A stretch of DNA of 24,000 bases from Savagea faecisuis (GTDB lineage: Bacteria > Bacillota > Bacilli > Bacillales_A > Planococcaceae), in the NCBI RefSeq assembly GCF_042675605.1, contig NZ_JBHTJF010000025.1, positions 12,944 through 36,943 on the forward strand. The letters are read 5' to 3'. Of the stretch, positions 1-11,585 are shown in pieces. The notes beneath the pieces are model-generated. The model saw only the letters and a list, made by a program, of their open reading frames with translations, did no database searches and had not been told where the DNA came from. The position numbers were made by a program, and so were the translations under genes. Within the stretch, counting starts at the first letter, position 1. Every line of letters begins with the position of its first letter.

Positions 1-2224
<2,224 letters not shown>

Positions 2225-2234
2225 GAATGAACGC

Positions 2235-2267
2235 CCCCGTTACTCATATGAGAGTAGCGGGGTTTTT
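2235..2267 (+). terminator. Rho-independent terminator after eno
   Basis: CCCCGTTACTC / GAGTAGCGGGG stem (one G-U pair) followed by TTTTT, 10 nt after the eno stop. Confidence 0.7.
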
Positions 2268-2358
2268 CGCTTGAACGAGAATCGAAAATGGTTGCTTCAT
2301 CGTTTAGAGTTTGTTAAAATAAGGAGTGTTGTTAGTATTAATCAGGAGGTGGAAGAAA

Positions 2359-2586
2359 GTGCATTCTTTATTAGTGACTTTATTATTAATCGTGGCAATC
2401 GGCCTCATCGTTGTAGTTTTATTACAGTCTGGAAAAAGCGCAGGTTTGTCAGGAGCCATCTCTGGTGGTGCTGAACAACTATTCGGTAAACAAAAAGCAC
2501 GTGGGTTAGACTTAGTCTTACAACGTGTCACAATTGTATTATCTGTCTTATTTTTCGTATTAACTTTAGCTGTGATGAAATTTTAA
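2359..2586 (+). CDS. secG: preprotein translocase subunit SecG (75 aa)
   Basis: GTG start at 2359, 8 nt after GGAGGTG (2345-2351) and in frame with track ORF 2326..2586. The product [50 protein letters not shown] closely matches my recollection of Bacillus SecG. Confidence 0.9.
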   Translation: MHSLLVTLLLIVAIGLIVVVLLQSGKSAGLSGAISGGAEQLFGKQKARGLDLVLQRVTIVLSVLFFVLTLAVMKF

Positions 2587-2597
2587 TAAAATGATCC

Positions 2598-2634
2598 AAG
2601 CCGAGCCAATATCCGTTGGTTCGGCTTCTTTTTT
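2598..2634 (+). terminator. Rho-independent terminator after secG
   Basis: AAGCCGAGCCAA / TTGGTTCGGCTT 12-bp stem followed by a T-run. Confidence 0.7.
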
Positions 2635-2695
2635 AAAAAAAGTAGCGGGAACTGTTACACTAGATGTAAATGGATGAGAAGGAGAGTATGGGAAT

Positions 2696-3445
2696 ATGAA
2701 AATCGTTCAACCGAAGCCGTTTTTCTTTGAACACGGACCACGTGCGGTGTTATTGTTACATGGCTTTACAGGAACATCAGCAGACGTGCGCATGTTCGGG
2801 CGTTATTTGGAGAAAAAGGGGTATACCTCTCATGCCCCACATTATCGCGGACACGGTGTCCCCCCGGAAGAATTGATCCAAACGAACCCGGATCAATGGT
2901 GGGAAGATGTCGTCGAAGGGTATGAATTTTTGCGCTCGAAAGGGTATGAAGAAATTGCGGTAGCGGGATTATCGTTAGGAGGCGTCTTTTCATTGAAATT
3001 GAGCATAGAATATCCAGTGCTCGGCATCGCTCCGATGTGTGCGCCGATGTCGATGAAAACGACAGACCTCATGTATGAAGGAGTCCTGCAATATGCGGAA
3101 CAATACAAAAAATACGAAGGGAAATCCGAAGAAGAAATCGAACGAGAAGTAGCAGCATTGCGCGAACAGACGATGGATTCCCTTCCTGAATTACAACAAC
3201 TTGTAAAAGATACACGCGCTACATTGGATGAAGTGTACGCTCCGGCATTCGTCGTACAAGGACGACTCGACCGCGTCATCGATCCACAATCTGCGCAAGT
3301 TATTTACGATGATCTTTCGTCATCGGACAAAACATTAAAATGGTATGAGGAGTCAGGACATATTATTACATTAGACAAAGAGAAAGAACAATTGCATGAA
3401 GATTTATTTGCATTTTTAGAACAATTACCTTGGACAGTTTCATAA
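2696..3445 (+). CDS. est: alpha/beta-hydrolase carboxylesterase (Est/YvaK type), 249 aa
   Basis: LLLHGFTG oxyanion region and GLSLGG nucleophile elbow (GxSxG). The secG-est-rnr position is conserved in Bacillales. Confidence 0.75.
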   Translation: MKIVQPKPFFFEHGPRAVLLLHGFTGTSADVRMFGRYLEKKGYTSHAPHYRGHGVPPEELIQTNPDQWWEDVVEGYEFLRSKGYEEIAVAGLSLGGVFSLKLSIEYPVLGIAPMCAPMSMKTTDLMYEGVLQYAEQYKKYEGKSEEEIEREVAALREQTMDSLPELQQLVKDTRATLDEVYAPAFVVQGRLDRVIDPQSAQVIYDDLSSSDKTLKWYEESGHIITLDKEKEQLHEDLFAFLEQLPWTVS

Positions 3446-3462
3446 TAGAAAGGAGGAGAACA

Positions 3463-5787
3463 ATGGAAGAACAATTACAAGAGCGCTTACTCGACTTGAT
3501 GCGTCACCCGAAGTATTCACCGAGTACAGTCGCACAAATCGAAGAACATTTACAACTCGATGGTGCAGAACAGTTTAAGCAGTTGGTGAAAACATTAGTT
3601 CAGTTAGAACAGAGAGGGGAGATTGTACGTTCCAGAGCGAATCGTTACGGCGTACCAGAGCGGATGAATCATTTGAAAGGCCGCTTTATCGGACACGCAA
3701 AAGGGTTCGGCTTCGTCGCGCCGATGGAAGAGAAGATGGATGACATATTCATTCCACCGAACGCAACGAATGGCGCACTAGATGGTGATACCGTTCTCGT
3801 ACAAGTAGCTGAACATTCTCACGGAGATCGTCGAGAAGGGGAAGTGACGAAAATTGTCGAACGTCATAAACGTTCCGTCGTCGGAACATTTTACGGTTCG
3901 GAAGAGTATAGCTACGTCGTACCCGATGACAAAAAGATTCCGATCAACATTTTCATCGAAGCGGGCAAAACGCTCGGTGCGATGGAAGGACATAAAGTTG
4001 TCGTCGAAATGACGAGCTATCCGACTGAAATTTCAGGCGCAACTGGTTATGTGACGAAAGTGCTCGGTCATAAAAATGACCCAGGCGTCGATATTTTATC
4101 GATCGTTTACAAACATGGCATCCCGACAGAATTTCCAGAAGAAGTGATGGAACAAGCGAACGCTATTCCAGATCACGTCTTACCTGAACAGATGGAAGGA
4201 CGCATGGACTGCAGACAAGACTTGACGATTACGATTGACGGAGCGGATGCGAAAGACTTAGATGACGCGATTTCGGTCGAACGAATGGAAGACGGCACGT
4301 TCATTTTAACGGTGCACATTTCAGACGTCAGTTATTATGTGACGGACGGTTCACCGATGCAGGAAGAAGCGTATGAACGTGGAACGAGTGTCTACTTAAT
4401 CGACCGCGTCATCCCGATGTTGCCACACCGACTTTCGAACGGAATTTGTTCGTTAAATCCAGGCGTTGATCGCTTAACGATGTCATGTCGCATGCATATC
4501 GACGAATCAGGAAAAGTGCTCGACCACGAAATTTTCGAATCGGTCATTAACTCGAAAGAGCGTATGACGTACGATGATGTGTATCACATTATCGACCACC
4601 ATGATGCGGAATTAATGGAGAAGTACGAACATGTCGTTCCGATGTTATTCGATATGGCGAAGCTTGCGAAAATTTTACGAACACAACGCTTCGGACGCGG
4701 GGCAATTGACTTCGACTTTAAAGAGTCGAAAGTGATCGTCGACGAAGAAGGATGGCCGACAGAAATCGAAATGATTGAGCGTACCGTATCAGAACGCTTA
4801 ATCGAAGAGTTTATGCTAGCAGCGAACGAAACTGTCGCCGAACATTTCCACTGGATGCAGTTGCCGTTTTTATACCGAATTCACGAAAATCCGAAAGAAG
4901 AAAAATTACAACGTTTCTTTGAGTTTATTACCCATTTCGGTATTTCGGTGAAAGGGGTCGGCAATACGGTACATCCACGTGCCTTACAAGAAATTATCGA
5001 CTCGATCGCAGGCTTACCAGAAGAAACCGTCATTTCTACGATGTTGCTTCGTTCGATGCAACAAGCGAAATACTCGGATCAAAGTCTCGGTCACTTCGGA
5101 TTATCGACAGAGTTTTATACGCACTTCACGGCGCCAATTCGTCGATACCCAGACTTAATCGTCCACCGTCTCAGTCGCACGTACTTGTTAAAAGGCGAAA
5201 CGGACAAAAAGACGACGGAATATTGGACGAAAGAATTGCCGGAAATTGCGACACATACGTCGAGCTGTGAACGACGTGCCGTTGATGCAGAACGCGACGT
5301 AGAAGCGTTGAAAAAAGCGCAATTTATGGTCGACAAAGTCGGCGAAAACTTCGAAGGTGTCATTTCAAGCGTGACGAATTTCGGTATTTTCATCGAATTG
5401 GACAATACAGTAGAAGGACTCGTCCACGTTCGCGATATGCGGGATGATTACTACAACTTCGACAGTCGCACGATGATGATGATTGGCGAACGTACCGCAA
5501 AACAGTACCGCATCGGAGATAAAGTCGCAATTAAAGTGACGAATGTCGTCCCAGAAGAAGGAACGATTGACTTCGCTTTATACAATCCGAATGAACCGGA
5601 ACGTCAATTTACGAAAAACCGTAAACCACGCGTCATTCAAACGGAAAAGAAACCGCGTCAACGCGCGAAGAAAAAAGGCAATGCGCCGATTGAACGCACG
5701 GAGCGCAGCGGTCAAAAAAAAGAACGTAAATTTTACGAGACGATCGCTAAAAAATCAGCGAAAAAACGTCGTCGTAAACGAAAATAA
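3463..5787 (+). CDS. rnr: ribonuclease R (3'-5' exoribonuclease), 774 aa
   Basis: ATG at 3463 after AGGAGGAG (the track ORF starts 33 nt earlier in the same frame). RNB catalytic region (DGADAKDLDDAISV), C-terminal S1 domain (FEGVISSVTNFGIFIEL) and a K/R-rich tail. Confidence 0.93.
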   Translation: MEEQLQERLLDLMRHPKYSPSTVAQIEEHLQLDGAEQFKQLVKTLVQLEQRGEIVRSRANRYGVPERMNHLKGRFIGHAKGFGFVAPMEEKMDDIFIPPNATNGALDGDTVLVQVAEHSHGDRREGEVTKIVERHKRSVVGTFYGSEEYSYVVPDDKKIPINIFIEAGKTLGAMEGHKVVVEMTSYPTEISGATGYVTKVLGHKNDPGVDILSIVYKHGIPTEFPEEVMEQANAIPDHVLPEQMEGRMDCRQDLTITIDGADAKDLDDAISVERMEDGTFILTVHISDVSYYVTDGSPMQEEAYERGTSVYLIDRVIPMLPHRLSNGICSLNPGVDRLTMSCRMHIDESGKVLDHEIFESVINSKERMTYDDVYHIIDHHDAELMEKYEHVVPMLFDMAKLAKILRTQRFGRGAIDFDFKESKVIVDEEGWPTEIEMIERTVSERLIEEFMLAANETVAEHFHWMQLPFLYRIHENPKEEKLQRFFEFITHFGISVKGVGNTVHPRALQEIIDSIAGLPEETVISTMLLRSMQQAKYSDQSLGHFGLSTEFYTHFTAPIRRYPDLIVHRLSRTYLLKGETDKKTTEYWTKELPEIATHTSSCERRAVDAERDVEALKKAQFMVDKVGENFEGVISSVTNFGIFIELDNTVEGLVHVRDMRDDYYNFDSRTMMMIGERTAKQYRIGDKVAIKVTNVVPEEGTIDFALYNPNEPERQFTKNRKPRVIQTEKKPRQRAKKKGNAPIERTERSGQKKERKFYETIAKKSAKKRRRKRK

Positions 5788-5803
5788 ATGAGAGGTGAGC
5801 CAG

Positions 5804-6271
5804 ATGGCAAAAGGACAAGGGAAGGTCGTCGCCGTCAATCGTAAAGCGAATCATAACTTTGCGATTGAGGAGACGATCGAAGCAGGACTCGTTTTACAAG
5901 GAACAGAAATTAAATCGATTCGCGCAGGCAAAGTACAAATCGCCGATGCATTCGTACTTGTGCGAAACAACGAAGCGTGGGTATCGAATATGCACATTAG
6001 CCCGTATGAACAAGGGAATCGATACAATCACGATCCCGTCCGCGCACGTAAACTGTTGTTGCATCGTCATCAAATCGATAAACTGCAAGGCAGTGTCCAA
6101 CAAGACGGTTACGCGATCGTTCCGTTGAAAGTATATTTGAAAAACGGCTTTGCGAAATTGTTAATCGGACTCGGAAAAGGGAAGAAATTGTACGACAAGC
6201 GTCACGACTTACGTAAAAAAGATGCACAACGTGAGATGGAACGTGCCTTCAAAGCAAAACAGCAATATTGA
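5804..6271 (+). CDS. smpB: SsrA-binding protein SmpB
   Basis: ATG at 5804 after GAGAGGTGA. The product [42 protein letters not shown]... is a typical SmpB, and the gene sits immediately upstream of tmRNA. Confidence 0.93.
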   Translation: MAKGQGKVVAVNRKANHNFAIEETIEAGLVLQGTEIKSIRAGKVQIADAFVLVRNNEAWVSNMHISPYEQGNRYNHDPVRARKLLLHRHQIDKLQGSVQQDGYAIVPLKVYLKNGFAKLLIGLGKGKKLYDKRHDLRKKDAQREMERAFKAKQQY

Positions 6272-6296
6272 TACTTGGCTGGAAATTTGTTATACT
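6268..6296 (+). promoter_or_regulatory. sigma-A type promoter for ssrA precursor
   Basis: TTGATA (6268-6273), a 17-nt spacer ending in TGT (extended -10), then TATACT (6291-6296). Confidence 0.6.
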
Positions 6297-6362
6297 ATTG
6301 GAGTACGTAGAGCTTTGCCTCTATTTCTGTATACGTGTAGAGTGGAACACTCTCCCAATTGC

Positions 6363-6723
6363 GGGGACGTTACGGATTCGACAGGGGTACTTGAGCTTGA
6401 GCTGCGCGTCGGAGGGATCGGCTCCGTCAGAAACGTCAAGCCAATAATAACTGGCAAACAAGAACAAAACTTAGCTTTCGCAGCGTAAGCTGACGAAACT
6501 GCCTTTACTGTCTATCGCCCATGTAGTACGGATAAAGGCTCAACTTTAGTGGGATACGTCTTTTCGCTTCCTTCTGTAGCGAGAGAAAGAGAATAATCAG
6601 AATAGCACGCGGGACGCCTTGATTGGTGGCATAACGACGTGTGAAATGTAAGTAATCAATCTACACGCGTAGACGCTTGGGTGGCAGGGCCTTTGGACGC
6701 GGGTTCGACTCCCGCCGTCTCCA
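6363..6723 (+). ncRNA. ssrA: tmRNA (SsrA)
   Basis: 5' end GGGGACGTTACGGATTCGACAGGGG and 3' end GGACGCGGGTTCGACTCCCGCCGTCTCCA (tRNA-like domain). The internal tag frame at 6453-6488 encodes GKQEQNLAFAA followed by a stop. Confidence 0.92.
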
Positions 6724-6738
6724 TACATCGTGATGGAC

Positions 6739-6775
6739 GAAAGCATCGATTTCTGAAAAGAGATCGATGCTTTTT
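6739..6775 (+). terminator. Rho-independent terminator after ssrA (also copy 1 of a three-copy repeat)
   Basis: AGCATCGAT / ATCGATGCT 9-bp stem followed by TTTTT. The same ~39 nt recur at 19151-19190. Confidence 0.75.
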
Positions 6776-6989
6776 GTGTTTAGAAAATATTACAGAACCA
6801 ACATGGTCTATAAATAACTACTATTTGCACGTTCCATAAAATCAGCATGACATAATTAGTGAACAAACATAATCAGCTTGGGGTCCCGTCACATACCTAT
6901 CAAGCTAAGCACATCAATACCCCCAACATGAAAAAAAACGCTATTCTTTCTGTAACATCAATAGTTTACAAGAAAGGATGGCGTTTTTG

Positions 6990-7151
6990 ATGAATCGAAT
7001 TCTATCCAATGAATTGCATCTTTTCGCACAAGAATTACGCGATTGTTTATCTCCAGCAGTGCTACAAGAAATCGCCAAACATGTGGGCTTTGTCAAACGC
7101 AAAAGTAAATATCAAGCCAATGAACTCCTTTTGAAATTCTTTATTACTTAA
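6990..7151 (+). pseudogene. N-terminal fragment (53 codons) of an IS4-family-like transposase
   Basis: My own translation gives MNRILSNELHLFAQELRDCLSPAVLQEIAKHVGFVKRKSKYQANELL... This resembles the N-termini of IS4-family transposases as I recall them. The frame dies at 7151 and no DDE domain follows. Confidence 0.45.
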
Positions 7152-7203
7152 ACTATCGGCTAATATATCTTGTAGTTAAGTTAGTATAAATGATGTGGGA
7201 CAT

Positions 7204-7243
7204 ACAAAAAAACATTCCCAAAGCGGGATTGTTTGGGAATGTT
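7204..7243 (-). terminator. Rho-independent terminator of the blaI/M56 operon
   Basis: AACATTCCCAAA / TTTGGGAATGTT perfect 12-bp stem. On the minus strand it is followed by a T-run (A-run at 7205-7212 on +). Confidence 0.65.
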
Positions 7244-7338
7244 TAAAGGCTAAAATTTAGATTTTAAAATTCATCAAATGAATAACTGGAGTGACGCTAA
7301 GTCCATTAATCATATATAAAGACTCAGCATCACAATTT

Positions 7339-8871
7339 CTATGGTGTAGATTTCATATAACGTGGTGTAGTAGCTATAGGATACTGATTTAGGGCAGGTA
7401 AATAATTATTATTCGTTGCCAATCCGCTAAAACTAAAATAAAATGCCACACGTTCGTCTATGTTCTTCTGATCAATTGCTTGTATAAAGTCTGCCAATCT
7501 ATTTTCTACATAATTTGGTGCGGTGAAATCTGCAAAGGATACCGATTTCAACTCATTAACAGGCAATAAATAAGATTCAATTAGGCTATTGAGCTCATCA
7601 AGTTCGATAGGTGCTAGTAATTCATAATCATAGTCAATATAGATGACTGTTGTAAATTTTTCTCCATATTCTTTGTGTACAATTTCAACCGGATAACGAT
7701 ATCTTGCTTCCGTTCCAATGACACCAGCTGAGAATCTGTTTTGGTAGCGTTCGTTATTAAGAGAAGGCTCTGCTGGTACAGTTTTTTCACCCTTCGTTGA
7801 ATCAACAATCAAATAATCCGTAGTAAAGTTACCTCTAGACGCACCGTTTAAAATGGATTCTTTCATAAATGTTTCATCTAGATAGTTAATTGGCGTACTT
7901 GAAACAGCAAAGGCTGAGCTAATAGCAGTACCACCTGTTATTAATAAAATAATGATTATAAGTATGAAGATGCCCGATTTTTTCTTTCCACTGCTCATAA
8001 TTGCGTGAATTCTTTTTTGTAAAAAATGTGAGTTGCCCGCAAAATTAGTAGAAAAAACACCGATTGGTTTTTTCGTCATTTCGGTATGAAGAATGGCTTG
8101 ACTATATGTTTTTCTTAATGGGTCATCTGAATTTTTTATTACTTCATCATCACAAGCTAATTCACACAGTTGATCTAACTCTTTTGCGAAACGATAAAAG
8201 AGTGGGTTGAACCAATGAATTGCGCTTACGAATAGAATGAAAGCCTTAAACCATAGATCCTTTCGTTGTAAATGCACGAGCTCATGCTTCAAAATCATGT
8301 TTAACTCTTGCTTTTCATAGTCATTTATAGGAAGCCAAATCGTTTGCTTTATAAATCCTGTTAACATCGGTGAATGAATACAACTGGATTGTTTTAAGCT
8401 AATTTCCTTCGTAATTGTCATTTCCTCTTTCACTTGCTCTAGCAATTGAAGCGTATGAGGTTCAACAACCAATTGCCCCCATCTGTTTACTGTTTGCATA
8501 AAGCGATAGTGTTTAAATAGATGCACTGCTAAAAATAGGATGATTCCTCCAATCCAAAGCGACATCAAAACGTGCCAAATTGAAAGTGAGGACATTGTTT
8601 CAACAGTGGATGCCATAAGTGTTATCTCACTACTCTTTGCTGGAACCAGTTCCATCGAAGGCAGCTGCATAGGTTCAGATAGATGAACAATCTTTTTAGA
8701 AATTTTGAAGGTAAATGGCAATATAAATCCAATCAAAATAGCAAGCCAGCTATAATAAAGCCATTTCGCACTGTATCGCTTCAAAAGGAAAGGTGTAACT
8801 ACTACATACAGTATGCCAATAAACGTCATGATGACGGATTTAAACAGTAAACCTACCATGATACTTTGCAT
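7339..8871 (-). CDS. M56-family (BlaR1/MecR1-like) membrane metalloprotease / signal transducer with a non-PBP extracellular C-terminal domain, 510 aa
   Basis: N-terminal multi-TM region with HELVH (HExxH) followed by QRKD, as in BlaR1 peptidase domains. A further TM segment (GIFILIIIILLITGG) precedes ~200 aa that lack an obvious SxxK penicillin-binding motif. The gene abuts a BlaI-family gene upstream (1-nt intergenic gap). Confidence 0.8.
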   Translation of the reverse strand: MQSIMVGLLFKSVIMTFIGILYVVVTPFLLKRYSAKWLYYSWLAILIGFILPFTFKISKKIVHLSEPMQLPSMELVPAKSSEITLMASTVETMSSLSIWHVLMSLWIGGIILFLAVHLFKHYRFMQTVNRWGQLVVEPHTLQLLEQVKEEMTITKEISLKQSSCIHSPMLTGFIKQTIWLPINDYEKQELNMILKHELVHLQRKDLWFKAFILFVSAIHWFNPLFYRFAKELDQLCELACDDEVIKNSDDPLRKTYSQAILHTEMTKKPIGVFSTNFAGNSHFLQKRIHAIMSSGKKKSGIFILIIIILLITGGTAISSAFAVSSTPINYLDETFMKESILNGASRGNFTTDYLIVDSTKGEKTVPAEPSLNNERYQNRFSAGVIGTEARYRYPVEIVHKEYGEKFTTVIYIDYDYELLAPIELDELNSLIESYLLPVNELKSVSFADFTAPNYVENRLADFIQAIDQKNIDERVAFYFSFSGLATNNNYLPALNQYPIATTPRYMKSTP

Positions 8872-8872
8872 A

Positions 8873-9241
8873 TTAATCCCTCTTTTCTTCCACCCATTTC
8901 AGTAAAGATGCTAAATCCTCATCGGAAATATGATCTGATTTATAAAGTGTATTGACCAAATTCAAAACAGACTTTTTATGATAAAGCTCCATAAAATGCT
9001 CCGTTTCAAAACCTAGGTAAGCCTCTTTTTCGATCAATGGATAGTAAAATCTCTCTTTACCTTGTTTTTCACTGCGAAGAAACCCACGCTCCGTTAATCT
9101 TTTCATAAGCGTTACGACCGTTTGGATTTTCCAGCCTTTTTCCTGACCGATTTGCTCCATGATGATTCCAGTTGTAATAGGTGGATGGCTTTCCCAAACA
9201 ATCTTCATCACTTCAAACTCTGTTTCAGGTAATCTTTTCAT
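8873..9241 (-). CDS. BlaI/MecI/CopY-family winged-helix transcriptional repressor, 122 aa
   Basis: MKRLPETEFEVMKIVW...ITTGIIMEQIG...WKIQTVVTLMKRLTERGFL is the typical penicillinase-repressor family N-terminal domain. The gene is paired with the M56 gene. Confidence 0.85.
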   Translation of the reverse strand: MKRLPETEFEVMKIVWESHPPITTGIIMEQIGQEKGWKIQTVVTLMKRLTERGFLRSEKQGKERFYYPLIEKEAYLGFETEHFMELYHKKSVLNLVNTLYKSDHISDEDLASLLKWVEEKRD

Positions 9242-9260
9242 GTATATTCCCCCTTATCCA

Positions 9261-9313
9261 TTTAAGTCAATTGTCTTAAATGTAAATATACAACTTCCTT
9301 AAATATTTTTCAA
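9261..9313 (-). promoter_or_regulatory. promoter plus palindromic operators of the blaI/M56 operon
   Basis: On the minus strand: TTGAAA (9313-9308), 17 nt, then TATATT (9290-9285). The 20-bp near-palindrome TTTAAGTCAATTGTCTTAAA (9261-9280) and the TGTA-n4-TACA dyad (9281-9292) overlap and follow the -10. The TACA/TGTA motif is typical of BlaI/MecI operators. Confidence 0.55.
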
Positions 9314-9769
9314 TCTTTTCCCACTGATTAAAGTAAATTCAACTTGGTATTGATACACCAGCTATCCCTCCATTCATTTTTTCTGGAGTATAGAAGATAG
9401 CGGTCACAACGTGCAAAGCGCTGTTTTTTAAATTTATTTAGATTTTTTTACTTGAAGGTGGTATTAACAAGTAGAAGATTTATTGCGAACAATGTTAAAC
9501 GAGGAAAAAAATCAGGCGAAATAATAAAACCATACTAAGTAATTTTAGCCGTACAGTTTTATGAAGTACTGTAATAGTGATTCTACAAAATTATAATTTT
9601 GTAATTCTGCACCAAATAAACAACACAATATAACCAAGCCGATAATCATAATCATGAAAATAAAAATCAAAGTGAATGTATAAATCATAAAAGAAAAATG
9701 GGAATCTGTTTAGCTGTAGCATTACAGATGTGAGGAATAGTTGTATATTGAAATACAATTTATTAAGAA

Positions 9770-10021
9770 TTGAAGGTGAAAACAAAAGAAGCCCTTGAAA
9801 ACGAGCACCTTTCAACACTTTATGCCAAACATAAAGCAGATATCGAAAGTGCGTTCGGTAATCTAAAGGTGACGCTCACACGATTCCTACCGCGTGGCTT
9901 ATTAAAGACCCAAACAGAGTTTTGGGTTGATTCCATGGCTCATAATTTGAGGAAGTTGGCGGGCAAACGCCTCGCCAATTCTTCCAATACAGCAAAGGTC
10001 CTTGCTACCTTTTTCGCTTAA
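9770..10021 (+). pseudogene. C-terminal fragment of an IS1182/IS5-superfamily-like DDE transposase
   Basis: ...ADIESAFGNLKVTLTRFLPRGLLKTQTEFWVDSMAHNLRKLA fits the C-terminal (E..FG.LK....F..RGL.K...EF.....AHNL.KLA) pattern of such transposases. No upstream catalytic domain is present. Confidence 0.45.
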
Positions 10022-10045
10022 TAATCAAAATTTCTAAATTTAAGA

Positions 10046-10534
10046 TTAGTTATATGCGCCATTAGCATATATAAATAACGATATTGTACCCCCACCTGTT
10101 TTACCATTTGAACCAGTATAGGATACTGTAGAATTAACTTTTGCAAGACGAGTGTTGTTATCTATAATAGAAGTATTTGTTGCTTTCAAGTTAGAGCTAG
10201 TTGGTCTATAAAGTATCTCTGTTTTAGGTTTTGTAACTGCTACCACTTTTCCATCATATACAGCAGTTGCAGTTATTTTAACTGTGCCAAGTCTTGCATT
10301 ATTATAAAGATCAGTCATTTCAACGCTCTTAGATGGATATACTAGACCTCGCGTTAATGTAGGAAGAACTCTAAATTGAATCCCGTCAATTATGTAAACT
10401 TGCTCAGAATTATCTGAAATATTAATTTCGAGAAGGAAGCCTTCGTCTTCTAATTCTTCATTTTGTGCAAAAGCAGCTACTGGTGTTAGGATACATAAAA
10501 TCATTGTTAACATACTAATCAGCCATTTTTTCAT
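10046..10534 (-). CDS. secreted protein of unknown function, 162 aa
   Basis: Sec signal peptide (MKKWLISMLTMILCILTPVAAFA/QNE) and RBS AAAAAGGAGAG. I recognise no domain. Confidence 0.6.
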   Translation of the reverse strand: MKKWLISMLTMILCILTPVAAFAQNEELEDEGFLLEINISDNSEQVYIIDGIQFRVLPTLTRGLVYPSKSVEMTDLYNNARLGTVKITATAVYDGKVVAVTKPKTEILYRPTSSNLKATNTSIIDNNTRLAKVNSTVSYTGSNGKTGGGTISLFIYANGAYN

Positions 10535-10562
10535 TGTTAAATTCTCTCCTTTTTATTCTTTC

Positions 10563-10698
10563 TTGTATAACGGTTTGAAGCTTCCAGACTTTATCACTCC
10601 CTATCTTCTCCATCAGAATCCTGTCGTAATTGGAGGATTTATTTTCCCAAAACAATCTTCATAGCTTCAATCTCTGTTTCAGGTAACTTATTATTCAC
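10563..10698 (-). pseudogene. decayed 5' remnant of a second blaI-family gene
   Basis: GTG start at 10698 after GGGAGGT. The product NNKLPETEIEAMKIV parallels MKRLPETEFEVMKIV of the intact gene. An extra T (GTTTT vs GTTT) shifts the frame. After correction, WENKSSNYDRILMEKIGSDKVWKLQTV aligns with WESHPPITTGIIMEQIGQEKGWKIQTV. Homology ends about 30 nt before the secreted-protein ATG. Confidence 0.65.
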
Positions 10699-10706
10699 AC
10701 CTCCCG

Positions 10707-10759
10707 TTTAAGTCAATTGTCTTAGTTTGTAAGATACAGCTATCTTAAATGATTGTCAA
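10707..10759 (-). promoter_or_regulatory. second copy of the BlaI-type promoter/operator
   Basis: TTTAAGTCAATTGTCTTAG (10707-10725) matches 9261-9279 at 18 of 19 positions. On the minus strand: TTGACA (10759-10754), 17 nt, then TATCTT (10736-10731). Confidence 0.55.
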
Positions 10760-11054
10760 TATAGATTTGTAATAATAAATAAAAAAAGAGTATATTAAAC
10801 ATTTTTAATAAAAAGTTACAGTAAAATAAAATCTCTTATAAACTAGATAAAATTAGATGTGAGGTCATTATGGTTGTAATTGTTGTTCAAGGTCCATGAT
10901 GGGAGATTGAGTTTTGGGCCACGGCACTATTGATACTTGGAAAATTTATAAGTGAATAAAGATGGAGGATGCTAGTGAATTGGAAGCCCTTTTTAAAAAA
11001 TTTAGTGATTAAATTTATTTTTTTATACAACTCAAATACAAATAACGTTCCCCA

Positions 11055-11479
11055 ATGACACTTGAACTGCACCCCAATTTTAACGGTGAAATCATTACCT
11101 ATACAATTGGATCTAGACCTACGTATTCATTAGTTTCGGAGATGTTAGAGAAGACTTTGGAGAGATTGCCAGAGGAACATCAGCTACTGATGCATTCCGA
11201 TCAAGGCTGGTATTATCAAATGAAACAATATCGCCCTACTCTTAAATCAAGAGGCATTGTGCAAAGCATGTCTCGTAAAGGCAACTGTTACGATAACTCG
11301 GGGATGGAGAATTTCTTTGGCATTATGAAGTCAGAATTCCTCTACTTCAAGGAATTTGCGCGCATTTTAAAGAAGAACTAAAAAAATATATCAACTATTA
11401 CAACACGAAACAGATCAAGGCAAAATTAAAAGGCATGAACCCGATACAATATCGAACACATGCCCAACTAGCTGCCTAA
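11055..11479 (+). pseudogene. IS3-family transposase (OrfB integrase core), C-terminal fragment with frameshift
   Basis: NGEIITYTIGSRPTYSLVSEML...HSDQGWYYQ...SMSRKGNCYDNSGMENFFGIMKSEF is the IS3/IS150-type DDE core. The tail TKQIKAKLKGMNPIQYRTHAQLAA continues in another frame to 11479. An IS3-like right end ...GTGTCTAATTTTTGGGGGTCACTTCA runs to about 11512. The N-terminal two-thirds is missing. Confidence 0.75.
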
Positions 11480-11585
11480 ATTAACCGTGTCTAATTTTTG
11501 GGGGTCACTTCATGTTGGGAAACATTTGATTCTTAACCTACCAATTTCCAAAAGGTGGGCTGTAGCCTTGTTAAAAAAAGATTAC

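Noticed and set aside
6222-6488. 88-aa track ORF overlapping ssrA.
   Set aside because: It is an artefact of translating the tmRNA gene. Only its last 11 codons (GKQEQNLAFAA) are the genuine tag reading frame.
9591-9818. 75-aa minus-strand ORF, and a 47-aa hydrophobic ORF in another frame, in very AT-rich DNA.
   Set aside because: - Neither has a Shine-Dalgarno sequence.
- The composition is low-complexity and AT-driven.
- Both are likely spurious. A small toxin-like peptide cannot be excluded, but nothing supports one.
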